64,000 nt of DNA. Origin: a virus. The translations under genes and the position numbers were made by a program. Location of the stretch: the IMG/VR virus record IMGVR_UViG_3300008116_003012, positions 1-64,000 of that record; one strand, 5' to 3'. The notes under the pieces were generated by a model. The model saw only the letters and a program-made list of their open reading frames with translations. It was not told where the DNA came from and made no database searches. Every line of letters starts with the position of its first letter. The stretch's first letter is position 1. Below, piece by piece: positions 55,553 through 64,000 of the stretch.

Positions 55553-58500
55553 TTAAGCGAATGTAGCATTTAGAGTGTACCATTTGCCGCTTTGAACACC
55601 AGGAATAGAGTCTCTAGTGCAAACAAATTCTAGTGAAGTTTGACTGCTTAGTCTAAATCCAATATTTTCTCCTAGAGTGTTAATTTCATATCCGTCATTA
55701 GGATAAACACTTACATTTAAAAGACTATCATTTCTAACGATAATTCTATACCCCTTTGGAGCACCGTTAGGTAAAATTACTCCTGGAGCAGGATTTCCCG
55801 GAGCAGGAGCACTTACATTAGTAATTACACTAACACTCTTTGTTAGTTGATAGGCTCCTGCTTGAGTAGCTCCTGATGCTGTAATATTGTCTTCTACACT
55901 GTATGTTATTAATCCAGAGACTTCTAATTCTCCTAGAATTCCTACACTAGTTAAGCTAGAATTTAGTACATTAGCAGCTAATGTATTACCGGTTAGAGTG
56001 TTTGCGGCTGCGGTAAATGTTCCTGAGCCGCCTAGCGTTATAACTTGGCCGTTAACTGTAATACTACTGTTAGCCAGCATTGTGTTAGTCACTGTGCCAG
56101 TGTCAGTTGTATAAACACCGTTTGTAACAGTTGCAGCATTTCCTGTTAAGTTACCGTTAAAAATATTTGCAAATATTTTATTAAATCTAGTTCCGCCTGT
56201 GCCTAAGTTACTTTCAATGTCAGTCTTAACAATAGTATTAGGTTGAGCAGTTATACTAGTTTTTTGTAGGCCAACAGAGACATTGTTATCTATGTTGTTG
56301 CCTGTTGTTTGAATAGTGAATTTAATGTCATTAGTTGGACTAACTCCGCTGGCTCCAAGCTGAGTTCCGTAAACTATTAACTGATCTCCTTCAGTGTATC
56401 CATTGCCGCCATTAACTACTACGACTCCCGTGTACCTAGGAACGTTAGGACCGCCGCTGAACAACGGAACATCTGTGTAAGACACATTAACTACAGCACC
56501 GTAACCATTTCCTGTTACTGTAGTAACAGCAGCTTGAACCGTTCCAACACCAGCAACTGGAACACCGCTGTCTATTGTAAATGTAGTTGATAATTTTAAA
56601 GCATTTTGTCTTCTTGAAAGAACAGTTGCGCCATCTTCAAAATCTTCAAATAATTGATTGACACCTGCTAGCTATTTGTGCCGGTGCCGCTGCACCTGTT
56701 CCTAAATTACCTACAAAACTGTTAGCATTGATGTTTTGAATTTCTGCTAGAGATACACCTGCATTTTTAATGCCTACCCAACCGTCAGTAACTTCAAAGT
56801 TTGCACTGTCAAAACTTGCTAGGCCACTTAATGCTTGTTTTTGTGCTGCTGTACCTGTAGGAGCAGCGCCAGCAGTTGCAGACAGTTGCATTGAAAGTTT
56901 GGATTGAACTATTCCTGCTGTTGCACTAATGTCATCATTGACAATGCTGTTATTGGCTATTTGGAAATCAATATAAGAATTGTTTAGACTTTCAACAGTT
57001 GCACCAGTAGAATGTACAGCGCCAGCAGTTTCAAATTTAGCTCTTGTAACATTATCAAATCTATTAGCAACAGTAGTAATAGCTCCATAAGAAAATATTT
57101 CATTTCCTATTCTTAAGAATCCATTGTTAGGGAATCCTGTAACATCGTCTACTACAATACCTCCGCTTACACTAGATTGAGTAGTTCCTATTATTCCAGA
57201 ATCTATAACAGGCAATACTGTAATACCTCCTACAAGTAAAGCTGTTACAGTAGTGTCAACAGTTGCACTAAGCACACCTCCGACTGTGCTACTAATAATT
57301 GCAGGACCAGCTCCAGTAAACACTGGTAACTGACCTTTGTTAGTAGATATTACAGCAACATCTTTTAATTCTGCAAAAGTATCAGACTGTTCAACTAAAT
57401 TGTCAACATATCCTTTTGTTGCAGCATCGGTGTCTGATGAAGGTAATGCTAGGTTAATAATTCTATGAGGAGTAGGAGGATCACCGCCTCCCATATTTAG
57501 ATCCCCGCCCATTGGTAAAGTACCTTGTAGATCTAAGAATCCGCTACCAGCAGGTATTCTTTGACTGTCAGTAACAACACCTCCGTTGTGTGTAATACCT
57601 AAACGTCGATCAATATAACCCCTAACTGCACTTTCTGTTGGAACAGTATCTTCAGCATTGTCAGTCATAGTGACATCTGTAGAGAATTCTTTTACAGTAG
57701 TACCTCTCTTAAATCCAATACCGTCTAAGTTACTTAGAGCAATACTTGCAGCAAAAGTAACAGTGCCTGTTCCTTGGTCTACGCTAAAGAATCGTCCTAC
57801 ACGGAATATACCGTCTTGGTCTGTACTTACATAGAATACGCGACCTTGTGTTTCTTCTCTAACTTCTTGTGTAGGTTCCGGAGGTGAAGCAGGAGAACCA
57901 AACACGTTGTTAGGATAGTTACTACTGTTGTAACCGCCAGTACCAATATCTAAAAAGTCATGTCCTGTTGCACGGCAAGTACTAATATTAACAGTAATTT
58001 CTGCAGGAGATTCTGCTTTTACACCTGCTCTTAAAACAGTTGATTGTACTGTTGGCAAACTTTGATAGAGGCCGGTGCCAGTAACAACACTTCCGGATCC
58101 GTATGCTATATCTTCTAAATCAACATATGCAGACTCTGCTCCGCTTTCGTCAGTGTAACCTGTAATTCTAAATGTTTTTCCAGCATGTGCTAAAATAAGA
58201 TTTCCTGAATTTAATCTTCCTTTGGTAAAATCGCTCTGTATAGTTTTTATAGCAATTCTAGTATCGCCTACTTTTGAGCCCATAGTTTTTAAACCACCGT
58301 CTACATAGTCAACGTCGTTTAATTTTAATTCATTAGATTGTAATATGGCATAATTATAACTTGTATCAAAAGTTAATATTGCTGTGTCACCGTAAGAAAC
58401 AGTACCTGTTCCTGGAGTTGCAGCAAGAACATTATCACCGGGATTGTTGTATGTAAAACTGTTAGGAGTCGGAACAGAAATAATAGTTATAGAAACATCA

Positions 58501-61500
58501 TTAAACGTATCATCTGTTGTACATCTAACTTCGTCAATAGAATCTCCAGGATTTAATCCATGGGGTTCTGAAACTGTTACTGTTGCAGTATTACTAGCAC
58601 GTGAAACAGTTGAAATTGCCTTTTGGATTAATAAATTTCCTTCAATTGGGCTATTTCTAGTATAAGCAAGTGTTCTATATACTGTTCCTTCTTCAGCAGG
58701 GTCAGTAAATTCTAATGCTGTCGAAGGTCGTGTAGGTCTAATTACATTTATTCCGGTAAATTTAAAATTCTGTAAACTTCTTATAATTACCAATTGTCCG
58801 TCAGTTAATGGAGCACTTATTCCGCCTGTTACCGCATCAGCATTTAAATTTAATTTAAGCACAGGTCTAGTACCTAATACACCACCTGTGTCAACACCTT
58901 CTCCTACAGAAGTAGTAAGTTCAACATTACTTACTTCATATCTAACAATGTCGCCTAAGTATGTTATGTCAAACGTTGCACCAGTTCCGGTTCCGCCATC
59001 GGAAAGAGTAGTTACTGTTCCTTTGACAGTCGGGTATCCACCAACGGGATTTATGCTGTAATCTCCAACTTCAATAATTTCAAATCTAGTAATTATACCG
59101 TCGCTAGGTCCTGTAGGTGCTAGTTTTACAGGATCATTATCAATTTCTATTACCCTGATTCTAGTAGTTTTTCCATTAGGATATAATGTGCCGCCTACTA
59201 CATCTATAAATTCTTCCTTAGAATATCCTAAACCTCCGCTAACAATAGTTACATTGTTTGGATTAGTTGGAGTATTAACAACTGCACCTGATCTAGTATT
59301 TGAAGTATCTATTTCAATTTCAGATACATTCTGAGGTGCAAAACTATAATTGTCAACATATATACTAATTTCTCCTGCTACGTTTTTAGCAGCAAAACTT
59401 CCTCTTCTATATATCTTAGCAACTTGTTGAGTGTCATTGGCTAATGCTACTGGATCAGGAACCTCATTAGGATCACGTCCTGCTGCCCTCATTCCGTACT
59501 TACCGTATGAGCTATTACCTGCAACACTTCGAATTTGAGAACCGTTTAATGCATAGTAACTAGTCCAGTTATAGTAGGTAAACACAGATACAAGTTCTGC
59601 AATACCGTTGTTGGTACAAATTACTCCGTAGCCTAAATCGTTAACCTGTGTATAGTCGTTAGCCAACATACTTCTGTTTCCAGGAGTTTCGATAATTATA
59701 TCAATTCCTTTTATATCAAAAGTAATAGAACCTGTTGTTGTATGAGCTTTGTCTAGTGTAATAAAATCTTCTGTAACAGAAACAATTTTTGCTCCGGCTG
59801 CAAGAACACCTGTTCCGCTAACTTTAGTTAATCGCATTCCTTTAACTAGCCCAAGCGTACTGTCCATAGGAATGGTAAATTGACCAACAGTAATGTTTGC
59901 ATTAGATGTTAAATTAGTTGCATCTGGAGTTATTTCAGAACCTAAATAATCTATAAATGGAGTTGAATCATCTAAGATTACTTCAGCAGTAGCAGTGCCA
60001 GGATCGTAAGTAGATACGTTAATCTGATATCTTTCTCCATTTATGTAAAATGCATTAGGAACTTGAATCTCTCTAACATTAAGTCCGCCTATAGTTAGAT
60101 TGTATTGATCAGTAGTTGACAATACTTTGGCAGGAAGATTTCCACTGAATCCGTCAATAAACATTCCTCCCCTAAAGCTTTGTTCGTTAACGCTTCCGCT
60201 CAAGCTGGTTGCAGTTTGGCAGTATGGAGATTTAGTTTGAATTTGACCTTCTGGATCAAGAACCATCATAAAGCCGCCGTGACCTTGGCAAGTAATGTTA
60301 CGCAGGATAGTTCCGTCGTTCATTAAGAACACATCCATGTCTTTATTTTCTTTAGGAGGATTGTTAACTCCTATAATAATGTTCTGTATACCTGCAATTA
60401 AATCTGCTACAATAGCTGCAACTGTAGGGCTAGCAGAAAGCAATGGTTGTACCAAAGTATTGATGCGTCCGATGCCTGCAAGAGTTTCTGTTAGTTGAGC
60501 TGTTATTGCAATTCTAGAACTGGCGTTTCTCTTGTAGGAATAACCTGCTCCTAAAGATCGTTCAATACCTCCATCGGTTATATCGTCAGCTAATGCTTCT
60601 ACAATATAGCCTACATCTCTTGCACACAACACACTGTCATAATCTAAATCTGGATAAGTTGCGTTTATATAAGACACAACTTGATTGGAAATATTTGTTT
60701 TAGCAGCCAATAAGATTCCTGCCTCAACAGTATGGCCGCCAGTTTTTGCAATAGTATCATCGAAAATACCGCTGAGTCCAGTTGGGTCAGATAGATAGTG
60801 ATATCCAAATTTGTTGTCTTTTGGAGCTAGACCTGAACTGTTTAAACCTCTTATAGTTGCCCCAACTAATTTAGTTTGCGGAACTTTATCAATTTCAAAA
60901 CTAGTATCATCTCTAAATCTAGTCACTCTGGTTAAATTCTGGAATCGGCCTGTGCCTGACATTACTCTTAAGTACATGCCAACGGTTAACTTGTTTACTG
61001 TTCCAGTAGACAATGTTATTACATTTCCTTTAATTGTGCCAGGGGACGTTTGAGCATCAATCGCTTCACAACTAAAGCTGACAGAACTTGTTGTTCCAGT
61101 TATTACAGTGTATGTACCGTTGTATGCAGATGGCACTGCACCGCTAACGGTTATAGTAGTACCGTCCGGGAATGGAATACTAGCTTGCGGAGCAAATGAC
61201 AAAGTTGCAATGCTACCAGTACCAGTTGCACCTGTACTAACTAATTCGTTTGAAGATGCTGCTGCTGTTTGAGATAAGAATGTTCTTGACAAGCCGTCAA
61301 ACTCGTCATCTCTATAGAAGTAGATATTAGCCCATGGACTTAAACTTTGTCCTGCAGCCGGTCTAATAATTACACGTCTAAATTCATCGCCCTTGATAGA
61401 TACGTTAGTAGCTATTCTAATTGGCAATTGTTCGTAATACACTCCACTTTCTATTCTAATTGTCACTTGTTGTTCAGGAACAGGCTGACCGTACTCTAAT

Positions 61501-63806
61501 TCTTCGCCTGGAATAAATTCTAAAGGAGTTCCAGGTTGCGCTGTTCCGTTAGCTACAATGTCGCTTATCGATGCAAAAAATTTAGTTATTAAAGGTAATG
61601 TTCCTTCTTCTGCTTCGTTTCCAGCTGTAGATTGGCTAATAGTTCCCCTCTTTCCAAATGCTCCGGCAGTTGTAGTTGAACTGATTGTATTATTCACTAA
61701 TATTTGTTGCATTAACAATTTTATGTAATTAATACCATCTAATGTTTGAGAAAGTTGCTCTGTAGGTAATGCAGAAGCTGCGCCTCTTCTATAAGCTTTT
61801 GCAGCTTTGATAACATTTGAATTTCCGCCGTAAAGCACATCTTTTTTAACTGCTTCTACAATATAGCCTACATCTCTTGCACACTTAACTTGATCGTAAT
61901 CAACTGTAGTAAGTTTAGAATCTATGTACAAAACAACTTCGTTTTTTATAAATTCTAAATTACTTTCTAATTTTGAAGCAGCATCTATGTAGCCAGTTTG
62001 AAAATAAACTATATCTTTAGTATCATGTAGTAATTCTACAATATATTGATCGTTAACACCACTGACTCCTACATAGTTTATTACTTTACCTGTAGCTCCG
62101 CTTCCTAATCCTTTAATGATACTGCCTTCTCTTAAATCTCGGTTTTCAACATTTATACTTTGATCAACACCTTGACCGTCAGTAAACACGTTCAATGTTC
62201 TAATTGATCCAATACCTGAAGTTAAAGAATTAATATAAGCTTTATATGCGTTGCTTCCGTATGTTAGGGGTTGTCTATAAGGACCTGGTTCAGTCTCACT
62301 TATTCTTATCATTTCTTCTGCTTTTTCGCAAGCCTTGCTTAGGCTAGCATAAGCAGAAGAAAATGCTCTTCCTTGTCTTTCTTCTGGAATGTTTAGTTGT
62401 TCATCACTTCCTGTTGTAGAAACAAAAAGATTGTTAGGACTTACATAGCTTGAACTATCAACATAAAGTTTAGTTGCTGCTTGAAGGTCATCTAAGCCAA
62501 AAGGTGTTCCTACTCCTGAAAAACTTCCTGGGTGATCAAATAAAATTAAATCACCTTCCATGTTATCACCTTGTCGACGAACAGTGCTCTTACGAGGCAA
62601 GGATTCATCGCTTATCCAGTTTCCAGAAAGTGTAGGATCGTATGCAGCATCTACAAGTTGTTCATCTCCTCTAAATTGAGAAACTAAACTAAATGTTAGG
62701 TCTTGTCCTGGACTTACGCCGCCTAGACTTGTTCCAAGTATTTTAAGATCATCACCTTGAACATATTCATCATCCCCAAAATCAACAAAAGTAATAATAA
62801 TATTATTTTCAGAGTATATAGGATTGTTATTAGTTTTTTCTACTCGTACTGTTGCTCCAGATCCGATGCCAGTAACAGTTGTTACGTTTAATTCTTCATA
62901 GATAAACGGAACAGATAGCCCTGTTCCAGAAATACTAGTAGGATCAACATTGTATACAGTTTGACTAATCTCAGGATCAATGTTAACAACTATGCGAGTG
63001 TTGTTAAAATTAACATCATCAATGGCTTGCTCTCTAGAAGGATATACTGCTAATCTATCATCATCGTAATATCGAAGATAGTAAGTGTCTTCGGTGATTA
63101 GTCCAGTTGCCGGAGTGTTTCCTGTATTTACATAAACAAATGCTGCACCGTTAATTGAAGTATTAAATCCATGTCCAGGTATAACGGCATACCCGTCTTG
63201 ATCCCAATTATCAACTGTTAAAGAATATTCAGATACATCTTCAGGTTCAGAACGAACTCTGATGCGTCCACCTATACCTGTAAAACCTCCTGTTTGCACA
63301 TATCTACGATCAGCATATCCTCTAGTTATTACTAGGTCATCTTCACCTATAGATGTATTGTGTAACGTATTGAATAAGTTTCTAGCTTCTGCACTAGGGT
63401 TTGCAATATTGCCTATAGCAAATTGATTACCATTTAGGTGATTTCCTAAAACTGGTTCGTCGTCATTAACTAATCTTCCGCCGGTTGTAGTAATGACAAT
63501 TTCATTTTCGTCAGCATGATTAACCAGTATTCCTTCTCCGCCTACTAATTTCTTAGCAACTAATGCATCGGCAAATTCACTTGAAACAATAACTTTATCA
63601 GCATCAGAACCGAGGTCTCCTCTTGGTACTCCATTAGGGAATCCGTCCGGTGTATCATCCAAATCTCCGAAAGATATCGTATCGCCTGATCCAAATATTG
63701 CAAAAAGTTGTGTAAAATTATCGTTTACTTTTCGAAAAGATTCACGAATACTATCACCAGTTCCGTCGTTACCCTGTGTACCAATGTCGATAGTTTGTCT
63801 TGCCAT
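55553..63806 (-). CDS. Giant virion structural (baseplate/fibre) protein, frameshifted at about 56670 (ORFs 56646-63806 and 55553-56485 appear to be one gene)
   Basis: gp9-like NDGTGDSIRESFRKVNDNF start. The +1 frame is open from about 56671 and runs into the 310-aa ORF. Confidence 0.75.
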
Positions 63807-63882
63807 GTATTACTCCGTTAGAAGATTTTCATCTCTTTTCAATATTTACCAAATTTTTTTGTAAACTTAATGTAAATAAACG

Positions 63883-64000
63883 ATGTATCTTAAAGAAGAA
63901 ATAGAAACTGTCTCGTATACTAGAAAAAGTAAATTAGGAATAGAACATGCGTATGTTCGATCTAAGAAAATATGTATTTTTCGTTGCGACAATTGCGGAT
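63883..64000 (+). CDS. Hypothetical Zn-ribbon protein, truncated by the window edge
   Basis: MYLKEE...FRCDNCG; TAAATA just upstream. Confidence 0.6.
   Translation, partial: MYLKEEIETVSYTRKSKLGIEHAYVRSKKICIFRCDNCG

Noticed and set aside
1-64000. Stop-codon reassignment
   Set aside because: Genes are full length and tightly packed under the standard code. The two breaks are frame changes, not in-frame stops.

Overview
About 64 kb from a large, AT-rich, T4-superfamily-like (probably jumbo) myovirus. A two-component spanin suggests a Gram-negative host. Almost all genes are on the minus strand, and the standard genetic code fits. From left to right the window holds: thyX; a MoxR AAA+/VWA pair; RNase H; a 7-deazaguanine DNA-modification cluster (queE, folE, a QueD-like LxxxHRHxF protein, a DpdA/TGT-fold transglycosylase) interleaved with a GT-B glycosyltransferase, a UDP-sugar dehydrogenase and a cupin; a sliding clamp and family B DNA polymerase (broken by an apparent deletion/frameshift); a block of low-complexity, module-shuffled putative internal head proteins containing an unannotated metallothionein-like ORF and a candidate structured ncRNA; ClpA and DnaJ; an extended lysis cassette with FG-repeat membrane proteins; phoH, dCMP deaminase, clamp loader, cytidylyltransferase, dUTPase, GroES and a DnaE fragment; and finally baseplate/tail genes with two tandem subtilases and a >8 kb structural gene (also frameshifted). 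Near-consensus sigma70 promoters, several fused to terminator hairpins, and T4-like TAAATA late motifs are visible. I found no tRNA, CRISPR array or mobile element. All calls come from reading motifs by eye; no database searches were run.
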